Source: Archaeoglobus fulgidus DSM 4304
GTDB lineage: Archaea; Halobacteriota; Archaeoglobi; Archaeoglobales; Archaeoglobaceae
Reading direction: 5' to 3'
DNA length: 32,000 nt
Assembly: GCF_000008665.1 (NCBI RefSeq)
Contig: NC_000917.1
Location: 2,146,401-2,178,400, forward strand
Shown: piece after piece, positions 16,759-29,103 of the stretch
How the letters are laid out: each line of letters begins with the position of its first letter
Numbering within the stretch: position 1 is the stretch's first letter
Notes under the pieces: generated by a model
What the model was told of the DNA's origin: nothing
Databases searched by the model: none
What the model saw: only the letters and a program-made list of their open reading frames with translations
Translations under genes and position numbers: made by a program

Positions 16759-19557
16759 TTAAGCAACATAAATCGCGGGCTTGCCCGGAACTGCCTGCCT
16801 CCTCTTCTCCTCAGGAACTCTCTGAGTATCAAGAATAACCTTCAGTCCGGTCTCATTCTCAATAAATTTCAGGTTCTGCTGCAGAACTTCCCACTCCTTA
16901 ACTAGCATCAGCTTCTTTCTGTCTTTGAAAATCTTCTTGACGAAATTTGACACTTCTTTGCCGAGCTTCCTAAGCTCCTCGTCCTGCATAAGCTGCTTCA
17001 TCGCCTCCCCAACATCCCCGCTTTCAGCAACGACCTTTGCTGCCTTAACCTTCCAGTCTTCGGCGGGAGCAATGTAAACCTCCTTCGCATCGCTAACAAA
17101 CTTCTTGATTTCCTGAATGTCCTCAACAAGGTTTCGGAGGTATTCCTCAATTCTCTCCGCCTCCTCGTCAACCCTGGTTTCGTCGTATTCTGGGTAGCTT
17201 TCGAGGCTGACGTAGCTGTCATGCTTCAAGTGCCACAGCTCCTCGCAAATGTGCGGAGCAAAGGGGGCGAGGAGCTTGATCCAGTCGTCCAGTATTATAG
17301 CGAGGTTCTCACCTCCTCTCCTCAGATACCATCTCACGTCGTTCATGAGCTCGAAGAAGGCGGCATTCACGGCCCTCCTCGTCTGCAGGTTGTCCATAGC
17401 CTCCCTCACTTCCTTTATTGCCCTCTGCATCCTGCTCACAAGCCAGCGGTCGAGGGTTGTTAGCTCTCCCACCTCTTTCAGGTAGTTCTCCTTCACGAGG
17501 TTGTAGAACCTCCTGAGGTGGTTTGCAAGCCCTTCAACCTCTCTGCTCTTCCAGTCCGCATCGCTGTCGTACTCTGCAGCGTGGAGGATGTAGAGCCTCG
17601 TCACATCCGCACCATACTGCTGCACCGCCCTCTTCATCGTTAGCAAGGGCCCTTTGCTCTTGCTCATCTTCTTGCCCTCAAGGCTGACGTATCCGTTTAC
17701 GGCAATTGCCCTCGGCCACTTATCTGGCGGGAAAATGGCGACGTGGTGGAAGAGGTAGAAGAGCAGGTGGTTTGCAACCAAGTCCTTGCCACTGCTTCTT
17801 AGGTCAACGGGATACCAGTACTCGAAGTCGTCCCTGATCTGCTGGATTAACTCCACGCTGAGTTTTGAAGCTTCCGCAACTTTCCCAACCTCACCTTTGC
17901 CCAGCAGCACGTAGTCGAGGAACTCGGGAGTCATGTTCTCGGCCTTGAGCAATCCTGCGTTGATGTACTTGGCAAGGATGTAGTAGGCCATGTAGATTGT
18001 TGAGTCTGAAAGGCTCTCGATGAGCCACTCCTTATCCCACGGAATTCTCGTTCCAAGCCCCTTCCTTCTGGCACAAGCCTTGTCCCTGAGCCACTCAATC
18101 TTGTTCCTGAACTCCTCCTTGTAGTAGTCGGGGATGATTCGCATCTTTTCAAGGTGATTCAGAACCTTCTCCTTCCACTCTCTGTTGGAGTAGTTCAGGA
18201 ACCACTGGTCCCTAACAACCTTAACAACGCACTTCGTTCCGCACCTGCAGATTACGGGCTTCTCGCTGAACTCGTAGAAAACATCCCCCAAGCCAAGCTT
18301 AACCAAATCCTCATGAACTCTCTCCTTCGCCTCAGAAACTTTCATTCCAGCATAGTTCATCGTGTTGTCCAGCATGATTCCCGTGTGGTACTCCTTCTTG
18401 TAGAGGGTCTTGGTTGCCTTATCCAGCAGCTCCTTGTCCTTCTGGCTCTTCACTCCAAGCTCTCTTATTAGCTTCTCAGCAGGAACACCTTCAATGTCCG
18501 TCTTAATCAGAACTATTGGCTTTATGCTCTCTACAACGCTTTTGTCAATTCCGTACTTCGCCAGCGTTTCCTCGTCTCTCTTCAAGTCCTCAATGGCAGC
18601 CAGGTCAAAAGGAGCGTGTGCGGGAACGCTCATCACAACTCCTGTTGCGTTGTCGGTGTCAACAAACTCTGCAGGCAGAATTGGCACTTTTCTGTTTACC
18701 AGCGGGACTATGACGTACTTGCCGAAGAACTGCGACGCATCAACCTCCTCCAGCAGCCTGACTTTTTTCTCCGTGTAGGTGAGCTTCTCGTAAGCCTCTT
18801 TGCTCACAAACCACTTTTCCCCATCCACCTCGGCAATTACGTAGGTTGTCGGCTTTACCCAGATGTTCGTGACGCCAAACACGGTTTCGGGACGGAGAGT
18901 TGCACAGGGGAAAATGAGGTCTCCATCTTCAAGCCTGAACTTTATAACGGTAAATTCAACAATAGTTGCCTCCTCCCCAGCGAGAAGGTCGTGGTCTTCA
19001 ACAGGATTCTGGTCGTGGGGGCAGTATCTGACGGGGTGGGTGCCCTTCACAATCAGGCCAAGCTCCTTGAGCTTCCAGTACTGCCACTCGATGAATCTCT
19101 GATACTCTTCATCGGTTGTGGTGAAAACCCTCCTCCAGTCAATGGAGTAGCCTATGCTCTTCAAAGCCTGCAGCGCCTCCCTTGAGAAGTACTCAACGAT
19201 TTTCTCTGGAGTTGTGAGCTGAAGCAAGTCCTCCAGCGGAACGTCATGGTATTTGGTGTAAACCTCTATCGTCCTCTCGTCCCTCTTGGCTATGAGCTCC
19301 GCAAGGCCAATGATTGGGGTGCCCGTAACATGAAAGCCGAGGGGAAAGAGAACGTTGTAGCCCTTCATTCTCATGTATCTGGCGAAGGCATCGCCAATTG
19401 TGAAGGTTCTCGTGTGACCTGCGTGAAGATTTCCATTAAGGTAAGGATAGGGAATTGTGAGAAAAAACTTCTCCTTCTCATTAGGATCGGACTCAAAAAT
19501 TCTGTCCTTCTCCCACGCCTTCTGCCACTTCTCCTCAATTATCCTGAAATCGCTCAT
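16759..19557 (-). CDS. leuS: Leucyl-tRNA synthetase
   Basis: FFLTIPYPYLNGNLHAGHTRTFTIGDAFARYMRMKGYNVLFPLGFHVTGTPI, editing domain, KMSKSKGPLLTM, archaeal C-terminal extension; 932 aa. Confidence 0.97.
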   Translation of the reverse strand: MSDFRIIEEKWQKAWEKDRIFESDPNEKEKFFLTIPYPYLNGNLHAGHTRTFTIGDAFARYMRMKGYNVLFPLGFHVTGTPIIGLAELIAKRDERTIEVYTKYHDVPLEDLLQLTTPEKIVEYFSREALQALKSIGYSIDWRRVFTTTDEEYQRFIEWQYWKLKELGLIVKGTHPVRYCPHDQNPVEDHDLLAGEEATIVEFTVIKFRLEDGDLIFPCATLRPETVFGVTNIWVKPTTYVIAEVDGEKWFVSKEAYEKLTYTEKKVRLLEEVDASQFFGKYVIVPLVNRKVPILPAEFVDTDNATGVVMSVPAHAPFDLAAIEDLKRDEETLAKYGIDKSVVESIKPIVLIKTDIEGVPAEKLIRELGVKSQKDKELLDKATKTLYKKEYHTGIMLDNTMNYAGMKVSEAKERVHEDLVKLGLGDVFYEFSEKPVICRCGTKCVVKVVRDQWFLNYSNREWKEKVLNHLEKMRIIPDYYKEEFRNKIEWLRDKACARRKGLGTRIPWDKEWLIESLSDSTIYMAYYILAKYINAGLLKAENMTPEFLDYVLLGKGEVGKVAEASKLSVELIQQIRDDFEYWYPVDLRSSGKDLVANHLLFYLFHHVAIFPPDKWPRAIAVNGYVSLEGKKMSKSKGPLLTMKRAVQQYGADVTRLYILHAAEYDSDADWKSREVEGLANHLRRFYNLVKENYLKEVGELTTLDRWLVSRMQRAIKEVREAMDNLQTRRAVNAAFFELMNDVRWYLRRGGENLAIILDDWIKLLAPFAPHICEELWHLKHDSYVSLESYPEYDETRVDEEAERIEEYLRNLVEDIQEIKKFVSDAKEVYIAPAEDWKVKAAKVVAESGDVGEAMKQLMQDEELRKLGKEVSNFVKKIFKDRKKLMLVKEWEVLQQNLKFIENETGLKVILDTQRVPEEKRRQAVPGKPAIYVA

Positions 19558-19615
19558 GGAAAGTGGCTAATAAATGGGATTAAAAAATTTGGCGTTTGGC
19601 CTGATTGACCAAAAG

Positions 19616-20104
19616 CTAATCAAGCCTGTAACCCAGCTTCTCGCAAAGCTCTCTTCTCTGCCTCTTCTCCTCCTCATTCTCGATTCTTGTCACAGCAGCG
19701 CCGTCAACAGCCCCAAGAACAGCCCTTCCAAGCTCAGTTTCGGCAACTATTATCTCTATGGGGTTGGCCGAGGCAACGAAGACGTTGCAGACTGCAGGAT
19801 GCAGCTTTATTGTGTTGAGAATGTTTATCGGGAAGGCGTTGGAAGTGACAACAACAAAAACGTGGCTTGCAGCAATCCTCAGAGCGTTCTCTGCCGCAAT
19901 TTTCTTCAGCTCCTCATCATTCCCCGTCACTCTAACAAGCTTTGGTGCAGCCTCGTTCATCGCCACCGCAACCTTTATTCCCGGCACCGCTGTGAGCAAA
20001 GCTCTGAAGAGGTCATCCACCGTAAAAACGGAGAAGTTCGCCTGTCCAACGACAATCTGGTACTTCAGGTCGGGATTCAGAATCTCAACCTTCTCCAGCT
20101 TCAT
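19616..20104 (-). CDS. Adenosine-specific kinase-like family protein (DUF355/PF04008-like)
   Basis: NPDLKYQIVVGQANFSVFTVDDLFRALLTAVPGIKVAVAMNEAAPKLVRVTGNDEELKKIA...HVFVVVTSNAFPINILNTIK. Confidence 0.85.
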   Translation of the reverse strand: MKLEKVEILNPDLKYQIVVGQANFSVFTVDDLFRALLTAVPGIKVAVAMNEAAPKLVRVTGNDEELKKIAAENALRIAASHVFVVVTSNAFPINILNTIKLHPAVCNVFVASANPIEIIVAETELGRAVLGAVDGAAVTRIENEEEKRQRRELCEKLGYRLD

Positions 20105-20112
20105 GGTAGATA

Positions 20113-20742
20113 TTACCCTCCCGAATTTATATCTTCTTCCTCAACACCTCTGGAAAGCAGGTACACTCCGGCAAAGAAGGCAGCTATGCCTAAAACTGCA
20201 GCGACAATTCTTTCAAGCCCGAAGTCGATTTCGCTCATCAGGAAGGGGTAAAGAAAGTAAACGAGGAGAGCGAAAAAGAAAGCCGGCAGGTAAACAAGAT
20301 AGGCTCTCTCAATCTCCACCCCTCCCGTCTTAGCGCCTTTTATCGACTCCCAGTTCCCCTGAAAGACCTCTGCAAGGATGTAGAGCCACGTTACTGCTAA
20401 GAGCCCATCAACGCTCGTTGAATGGCCGATAAACGCCACCTTCAGGCTCTCTGCTATGGCCGAAGTGCCCGTGTTGTAAAGAGCATCAATTGCGTTAAGG
20501 GTGTCTATGATGCCCTCAAACGTCTCCGAGCGAGCCAAAATTGGGGAGATGTTGAAGAAAATGAGCACAGAATAGTAGTAAAAGCTGAACGGCCTTCTCA
20601 CGGCAAGCCCTACAAGGGGTATGGCGAACAGCAGAAGCTCAGCCGGATAGGGAATGAAGTAGCGGAGGGGTGAGGCTGTGAAGTGCTGGTATGTTATAAA
20701 TCCTGCAATTTCCGCCAACAGGAGGTTCAGGAGCGTTATCAT
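20113..20742 (-). CDS. Integral membrane protein of unknown function in the MoxR/DUF58 gene cluster
   Basis: Several hydrophobic helices (LLLFAIPLVGLAV, YLVYLPAFFFALLVYFLYPFLM, IVAAVLGIAAFFAGVYLL); 4-nt overlap with the upstream DUF58 gene. Confidence 0.7.
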   Translation of the reverse strand: MITLLNLLLAEIAGFITYQHFTASPLRYFIPYPAELLLFAIPLVGLAVRRPFSFYYYSVLIFFNISPILARSETFEGIIDTLNAIDALYNTGTSAIAESLKVAFIGHSTSVDGLLAVTWLYILAEVFQGNWESIKGAKTGGVEIERAYLVYLPAFFFALLVYFLYPFLMSEIDFGLERIVAAVLGIAAFFAGVYLLSRGVEEEDINSGG

Positions 20743-21959
20743 CTTGCAACACCTGCCAGAACGGTTTCCGCAGCTTTCCCCGCTTCAACTTCTGTTACCG
20801 CAACCCCCGCTGCTCTCAGCCTTCTGAGCGTGCTCTCCCTCACAGCATCCTCAACAACACCTCCTATTCCGCTATACCCTCTGAAAGTAATGGCTATAAC
20901 CGAGACCGGGAGATTTTTCCTCCCCATTGCTTTCATCACCGCCCTCATGGGATTGCTCAGCTCGACCCTCGTGATGAATATGGAAGCCGGTTTCACGGAC
21001 TCGATGTACTTCCTCGCCTTTTCCACGGCTGACAGCAAGCTTTCCTCCCTCTCAGAAACGTCGAGCTTGACGAGCGTGGAGAAAATCTTGCTGAACTGCC
21101 TCCTACCCGATTCGGGATAAATCAGCAGTTCATGCCCTACAGCGTAGAATCCCACCCTGTGCCCTCTCGCAGCAAAGTAGTAGGAAAGGGAGGCTGCAAC
21201 TTCAACGGCTGTTTCAAAGCAGTTCCTCCTCAAATCTCCGTGCAGCATGTAGGAGTTGGCGTCAAGAAATATCCAAACAGCCTTTTTCCCTTCTCTCTCG
21301 AACTCGTTGACCATCAGCTCTCCGAGCTTTGCCGTAGCCTTCCAGTTTATGAACTTCACAGGGTCGCCAAACGCGTACTTCCTGATTTCCCTGAAATCCG
21401 TTCCCGGAACTCCAACCCTGGAAACGTCTATTTCAGGCGCAGGCCTCCTCGCAACACCTCTTCTCTGCTCAACTTTCCTTACCCTGTAAACTCTGCTCTT
21501 AACCTCCCTCTCAGCGTCAAACTCAATCTTCCCCCTAACCCTCCTCGTGGCAAAGATGTTCTCGGCCTCGAAAAACACCTTTCCAAGGTCGTAGAGCCCC
21601 CTTTTCAGAGGCACGCATCGGTAGCTCAGCCTGATTGTACCCATGCCCACTATGAATTTCCCCTTTGCGTTGCTTCCCTCGACAAGCTCGAATGTGTCGG
21701 GAAGCGAGTGCATGGTCTTTATTACGCCAAATCCTTTAACTGCAAGCTCGATGCTGACTTCAAGAACTTCTCCAACCCTCTCCCCTCCCTCAAAGCTAGC
21801 AGTGCTGAGTTCAACCTTAAAGGGAATGTTGGGAAACACGAGCAGGAGAACCGGCAAAACGGCCAGCTTCAGCAATTCTGCAGAGTTAATGATAACTGCA
21901 AGCTCCACCAGAAAGAGGGATGTGAGGAGCAGAGACCTGCTAACTCTCCTGAGCTTCAT
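20739..21959 (-). CDS. DUF58 domain membrane-associated protein
   Basis: Two N-terminal hydrophobic segments; GVPGTDFREIRKYAFGDPVKFINWKATAKLGELMVNEFEREGKKAVWIFLDAN (DUF58 signature). Confidence 0.92.
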   Translation of the reverse strand: MKLRRVSRSLLLTSLFLVELAVIINSAELLKLAVLPVLLLVFPNIPFKVELSTASFEGGERVGEVLEVSIELAVKGFGVIKTMHSLPDTFELVEGSNAKGKFIVGMGTIRLSYRCVPLKRGLYDLGKVFFEAENIFATRRVRGKIEFDAEREVKSRVYRVRKVEQRRGVARRPAPEIDVSRVGVPGTDFREIRKYAFGDPVKFINWKATAKLGELMVNEFEREGKKAVWIFLDANSYMLHGDLRRNCFETAVEVAASLSYYFAARGHRVGFYAVGHELLIYPESGRRQFSKIFSTLVKLDVSEREESLLSAVEKARKYIESVKPASIFITRVELSNPMRAVMKAMGRKNLPVSVIAITFRGYSGIGGVVEDAVRESTLRRLRAAGVAVTEVEAGKAAETVLAGVAR

Positions 21960-22899
21960 ACTTGGGAACCCTCACGCTGTTGAGTATCTCCTCAACCACC
22001 TCTTCAGCCCTGAGCCCCTCAACAGCGTACTCGAACTTGAGAATTACTCTGTGGGCCAATGCCTCCACCGCCACCCTCTTGACGTCATCGGGAATGACGA
22101 AATCCCTGCCGTCCATCACCGCCAGCGCCCTTGCAAGCTTCAGCAGCGCCAACCCACCTCTCGGACTCGAGCCGAGCTCAACAAGCTCGTGCTCTCTCGT
22201 TGCCCTAACGAGCTCGGAAATGTACTTCAAAATGGATTTATCCACATACACAGCCTCTACGGCATCCTGAATCCTCCTGAAGGTCTCAAGGCTCACAACC
22301 GGCTCGACGTCTTCTGTAGGGTCATCTTTTCTCCACGATATTCTTCTTCTGAGTATCTCCATCTCCTCCTCGATGCTCTCGGGGTAGCCGGGCCTCATTC
22401 GGAGCATGAACCTGTCCATCTGCGCCTCTGGCAGAGGGTATGTGCCCTCCTGCTCTATCGGATTTTGCGTTGCGAGGACGAAGAAGGGCATGCTGAGCGA
22501 GAAAGTCTCGCCCTCCACTGTGATCTGCTTTTCCTCCATTGCTTCAAGCAGAGCCGCCTGAGTTTTGGGAGGGCTGCGGTTTATCTCGTCGGCCAGCAAA
22601 ACGTTGGTGAATATCGGTCCTTTCACAAACTCAAACCTATCGCCTCGCCAGATTTTGACACCAATTATGTCAGAAGGAAGCAGATCGGGAGTGAACTGAA
22701 CTCTCCTGTAGTCCGCCCCGATAACCCTCGCAAAAACCTTTGCAAGGAGGGTTTTACCCAGGCCGGGATAGTCTTCGAAAAGAATGTTGCCGTTCGTCAA
22801 AGCTGCGGCGAGCATCTTTTCAACGAGGTTTTTATCGCCAACATAAACGTCGCAAACAGCCTTTACGATTCTGGAGCAGATGGTTGAGATTTCAGTCAT
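21940..22899 (-). CDS. MoxR-family AAA ATPase
   Basis: GNILFEDYPGLGKTLLAKVFARVIGADYRRVQFTPDLLPSDIIGVK, VLLADEINRSPPKTQAALLEAMEE, FFVLATQNPIEQEGTYPLPEAQMDRFMLR. ATG at 22899 (MTEIST) is preferred over the track start at 22914. Confidence 0.94.
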   Translation of the reverse strand: MTEISTICSRIVKAVCDVYVGDKNLVEKMLAAALTNGNILFEDYPGLGKTLLAKVFARVIGADYRRVQFTPDLLPSDIIGVKIWRGDRFEFVKGPIFTNVLLADEINRSPPKTQAALLEAMEEKQITVEGETFSLSMPFFVLATQNPIEQEGTYPLPEAQMDRFMLRMRPGYPESIEEEMEILRRRISWRKDDPTEDVEPVVSLETFRRIQDAVEAVYVDKSILKYISELVRATREHELVELGSSPRGGLALLKLARALAVMDGRDFVIPDDVKRVAVEALAHRVILKFEYAVEGLRAEEVVEEILNSVRVPKYEAQES

Positions 22900-22990
22900 A
22901 CCACAATTTGGCACACACCAATATATGTGTGTTTTGGAAGAATGGTAGGAGGGTTAGAGCTATGGGAAACGTCAAATAGCAGATTGCTGA

Positions 22991-25727
<2,737 letters not shown>

Positions 25728-25728
<1 letters not shown>

Positions 25729-26516
25729 TGAGGCTGCTTTTTTCCACAATGTTTCTTTACGAGTACTCGACAGACATGATAGCCAAGGCCGTAAATCTTG
25801 CAGGCTATGACGGTGTGGAGTTCTGGCCAGAAACGCCGTACTTCTGGGTTGACAGGGCGATGGAAAAGCTCGAATGCCTCAGGGATTTCGACAACGCCAT
25901 TCACGTGCCCGTCTTAGACCTCAATCCAGTTTCGGTCAATCCAGATATCTGCAATCTCACGCTTAGGGAAACGCTCTACTCGATCGCTCTGGCGGCAAAA
26001 ATTAAGGCTAAGCCAGTAACGGTGCATGCTGGCAGAAGAAGTGCGGCGAGAGAGCCCGTCTGGGCGGATTACCTGTCATTGAGCAGATATTTGAGGATAT
26101 CAAGCAGATACGCGAAGATCAAGGGAGTTACAGTTGGACTTGAGAACTCGGAGAACAGCATCAACAACCTCTGCAAAACGGCGGATGAGGTGAGGAAGTT
26201 TGCGGAGGAGTACGACGTAATGGTTACTCTCGACATCAAACACGCCTTGCTGAACGGAGGAGTTGAGGAGTTTTTAGAGCTGTTCGGCAGAATATGCAAC
26301 GTTCACGTGAGCTACTATGACGAAAAAATGAGACACGTTCAGCCGAGCAGGGGAAAGGAGGTTGGAGATGCGCTGAAAGAGCTCGCAGAGCTCGGATACG
26401 ACGGTCCTTTGACCGTGGAGCTTGACGACCTCGGAATAGGCAACCTTGATTTCAGCAAGAAGGTCGAAATTCTCAGGAAAGAGAGAAGGTTCGTGGAGAA
26501 GTTCTTCAAGCGGTAA
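25728..26516 (+). CDS. Sugar phosphate isomerase/epimerase-like TIM barrel (AP endonuclease 2 family fold)
   Basis: MRLLFSTMFLYEY...LAGYDGVEFWPET, AKPVTVHAGR, VGLENSENSINNLCKTADEV, MVTLDIKHALLNGGVEEFLELFG, NVHVSYYDE, GYDGPLTVELDD. Confidence 0.82.
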
Positions 26517-26546
26517 AGGTTTATACCTCCCCATTCTACCCTGCTC

Positions 26547-27278
26547 ATGAGCAAAGTCAAGCTGGAAATCGGAGAAGTGGCGAGAATCAGGTTGAACAGG
26601 CCAGAAAAGAAGAACGCGCTCGACCTAGAACTTCTGACGCAGCTCAGGGATGCTGTAAAGGAAGTTTCAGAGTCGGAGGCAAAGGTTGCGGTTTTGAGTG
26701 GAGAGGGCGACACCTTCTGCGCCGGTTTGGACAGGAGTCTCCTCTTCGCTTTGACCCAGGAGGGGACGGAGAACCTTCCGGAGGCAATCGACTTCGTTCA
26801 GGACTTGATTTACAGCATAAGAACGCTCAAGATGCCTGTGATAGCTGCGGTGCAGAGGTACGCGATTGGAGGGGGATTGCAGCTTGCCCTCGCTGCCGAC
26901 ATACGCATAGCCACACCGGGAACAGTTTTCAGCGTGAGGGAGCCGGATTACGGGATTATTCCGGACATGGGTGCCCTCTCGCTCCTTCCGAGGCTTGTCG
27001 GTGACGGTGTGGCGAGGGAGATGGTGTTCACGAGGAAGAACCTTACAGCGGAGGAGGGAAAGGTTCTGGGACTTGTGAACGAGATTTACGAGGACCTAGA
27101 AAAGGGCATTGAGGAGTACACCCAGAAGATGCTCTCAGTCCCTCCACACGTCTTCACTTTCGCGAAAGAGGTCATTGAGAGGAGCTGGACAGAGAGCCTG
27201 CTGGAAAACCTGAAGTCGGCAAAGGAGGCTCAAATCAAGTGCGTCGAGGAGACGCTGAAGCTGTTTCGAAAAACCTGA
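26547..27278 (+). CDS. Enoyl-CoA hydratase/isomerase (crotonase) family protein
   Basis: VARIRLNRPEKKNALDLELLTQLRDA, VLSGEGDTFCAGLDRSLL, AVQRYAIGGGLQLALAADIRIATPGTVFSVREPDYGIIPDMGALSLLPRLVG. Confidence 0.9.
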   Translation: MSKVKLEIGEVARIRLNRPEKKNALDLELLTQLRDAVKEVSESEAKVAVLSGEGDTFCAGLDRSLLFALTQEGTENLPEAIDFVQDLIYSIRTLKMPVIAAVQRYAIGGGLQLALAADIRIATPGTVFSVREPDYGIIPDMGALSLLPRLVGDGVAREMVFTRKNLTAEEGKVLGLVNEIYEDLEKGIEEYTQKMLSVPPHVFTFAKEVIERSWTESLLENLKSAKEAQIKCVEETLKLFRKT

Positions 27279-27328
27279 CATTTATTTTTAAAGTCAAAAC
27301 CTTAAAATCCAGAAACCAAATTACCAAC

Positions 27329-28447
27329 ATGAGAATCGTACATATTTCCGACCTTCACTTTGGTGAAGAGCTGATAAGGGAGAAGGTCGAGAAAGCGGTG
27401 AGACAGATAAACGAGATTGAGCCTGATCTCCTCGTAATCACCGGGGACCTCTCATGCTGGGGCATCCATTCAGAGATGAGGGACGCTTACGAAACGCTGC
27501 TCGACCTTAAGCCCGACTACATAGCTGTTCCCGGAAACCACGATGCGAGAAACATTGGATACGAGTTTTTCCAGCTCTACTTCGGGGAAACCAAAAAATA
27601 CTGGAAGAATGATGTTGTATCGCTGATAGCCGCTGACAGCACGCAACCCGACTTGGATGACGGATATATCGGGAAGGAGCAGAGGGACTGGATTGTCAGC
27701 AAAATTAGGAAGGACAGATTCAACATTCTCGCTCTCCACCACCACATCGCCCCAATTCCCAAAACCGGGAGGGAGAGAAACGTCCTGATTGATGCGGGAG
27801 AGATGGTTGAGCTTTTAATTGCAAACGGCATCAGTGCCGTGCTTGCCGGCCATAGGCACATGCCATACTCGCTTAGGCTCATGAGAACGCACGTAATCCA
27901 TGCAGGCACTCTCGGCTCCTTCAAGGTGCTCGGCATGCCGGACCACAATTACAACGTTATAGAAATCAAGGACAACACACTAACTCTGAAGCTGAGGTTC
28001 GTTGACTACGGAGAGGTTGAGATTGGCAGGTACACAATCAATCCCGAAACGCCCGAGTCCATCAGCGTTTACCAAAGAATAGCAAAACCCAAGAAGGTCC
28101 TGTTCCTCTCGAGAAGCAACGACTGCAGGACGAAAATTGCGGAGGCGATATTCAACCACATCTCCCCCAACAACATGCTCGCAGTTAGCGCTGGAATCGA
28201 GCCGGCTCAAGACCTGGATTTGAGAGCGGTAGCAACGATGAGGGAGCTCGGACTCAAAATCAACGGAAAGCCGAGAAAGTTCAGTGAAGACATGGTGTCG
28301 GACTTTGACGCCATTGTTGAGTTCGACGAGCTCGGTGTCGGGGAGTTCTGGGACGTTAAGAAGCCCTCGAGCGCTGAGGAGTACAGGGAGGTCAGGAGTG
28401 AGATATGGAGAAGAGTTGAGGAGCTGGTAAAAAGGCTACTGGCTTAA
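27329..28447 (+). CDS. Calcineurin-like metallophosphoesterase fused to an LMW-PTP/arsenate reductase-like domain
   Basis: HISDLHFGEELI, ITGDLSCWG, VPGNHDARN, ALHHHIAP, LAGHRHMPY; C-terminal KVLFLSRSNDCRTKIAEAIFNHI...VSAGIEP. ATG at 27329 is preferred over the track start at 27239. Confidence 0.88.
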   Translation: MRIVHISDLHFGEELIREKVEKAVRQINEIEPDLLVITGDLSCWGIHSEMRDAYETLLDLKPDYIAVPGNHDARNIGYEFFQLYFGETKKYWKNDVVSLIAADSTQPDLDDGYIGKEQRDWIVSKIRKDRFNILALHHHIAPIPKTGRERNVLIDAGEMVELLIANGISAVLAGHRHMPYSLRLMRTHVIHAGTLGSFKVLGMPDHNYNVIEIKDNTLTLKLRFVDYGEVEIGRYTINPETPESISVYQRIAKPKKVLFLSRSNDCRTKIAEAIFNHISPNNMLAVSAGIEPAQDLDLRAVATMRELGLKINGKPRKFSEDMVSDFDAIVEFDELGVGEFWDVKKPSSAEEYREVRSEIWRRVEELVKRLLA

Positions 28448-28917
28448 ATCACGAATACCGCCGCTGCAACGGCGGTGGTGAACTCCTTAACTTTCCCCCT
28501 TGCAGTGATGGCAAAAGTTCTCGCCACCTTGCTTCCCTGTGTCTTGAGCATCTCCTCGGCAAGCCTTTTGGCGTGCTGCTCGGCCCCCTCATACCACTCT
28601 CCGCTGTGCTCAGCTATATACCCATTCATATCCTTATCCTCGGGAAACGCTGCCCCGACGCTGGCAAAAATCTCCCTTCCCTCGACGTTGCTCGCATATC
28701 TTGCCATCACGCAGAAGACTATCTGACCGGGACTCAGCTTCCTCAGCCCCTCTTCTTTGCTCACGACTCTGCAGCCTGGCGGAACGATGCTGCTCACTGG
28801 AACGAGGTTGAACCGCTCTATTCCAGCATCCCTCAGAGCCAGCTCGAAGCTGACCAGCTCATCCTCGTGCCTGCCAACTCCTGAAACGAAGAAAACCTCT
28901 TTCGGAATCAGCGCCAT
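28444..28917 (-). CDS. pdaD: Pyruvoyl-dependent arginine decarboxylase
   Basis: MALIPKEVFFVSGVGRHEDELVSFELALRDAGIERFNLVPVSSIVPPGCRVVSKEEG (Ser-Ser self-cleavage context), VFCVMARYASNVEGREIFASVGAAFP. Confidence 0.92.
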   Translation of the reverse strand: MALIPKEVFFVSGVGRHEDELVSFELALRDAGIERFNLVPVSSIVPPGCRVVSKEEGLRKLSPGQIVFCVMARYASNVEGREIFASVGAAFPEDKDMNGYIAEHSGEWYEGAEQHAKRLAEEMLKTQGSKVARTFAITARGKVKEFTTAVAAAVFVI

Positions 28918-29103
28918 ATTGCCTGACCTCAGGGGCAAAATTTAACTTTTCCCACCGAGGCCAGATGTAATAAAAAAGAGTTTTATGGTGCGGAGGTTTT
29001 TATACCGCTCGAAGACTACACCGCCGAAGAAGCTCTGAAATCATACAAAATTCGTGGTGGAAGTCGTGAAGAAGGCTTATGACGTGAAATAACGTTTTAA
29101 ATT

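Noticed and set aside
19574-20251. 225-aa plus-strand ORF
   Set aside because: Antisense to the adenosine-specific kinase-like and membrane protein genes.
21132-21983. 283-aa plus-strand ORF opposite DUF58
   Set aside because: Antisense shadow of a well-supported DUF58 coding sequence.
21643-22887. 414-aa plus-strand ORF
   Set aside because: Antisense shadow of the MoxR and DUF58 genes. It is low complexity, Ser/Thr/Leu-rich and has no domain signature, while the minus frames carry strong family motifs.
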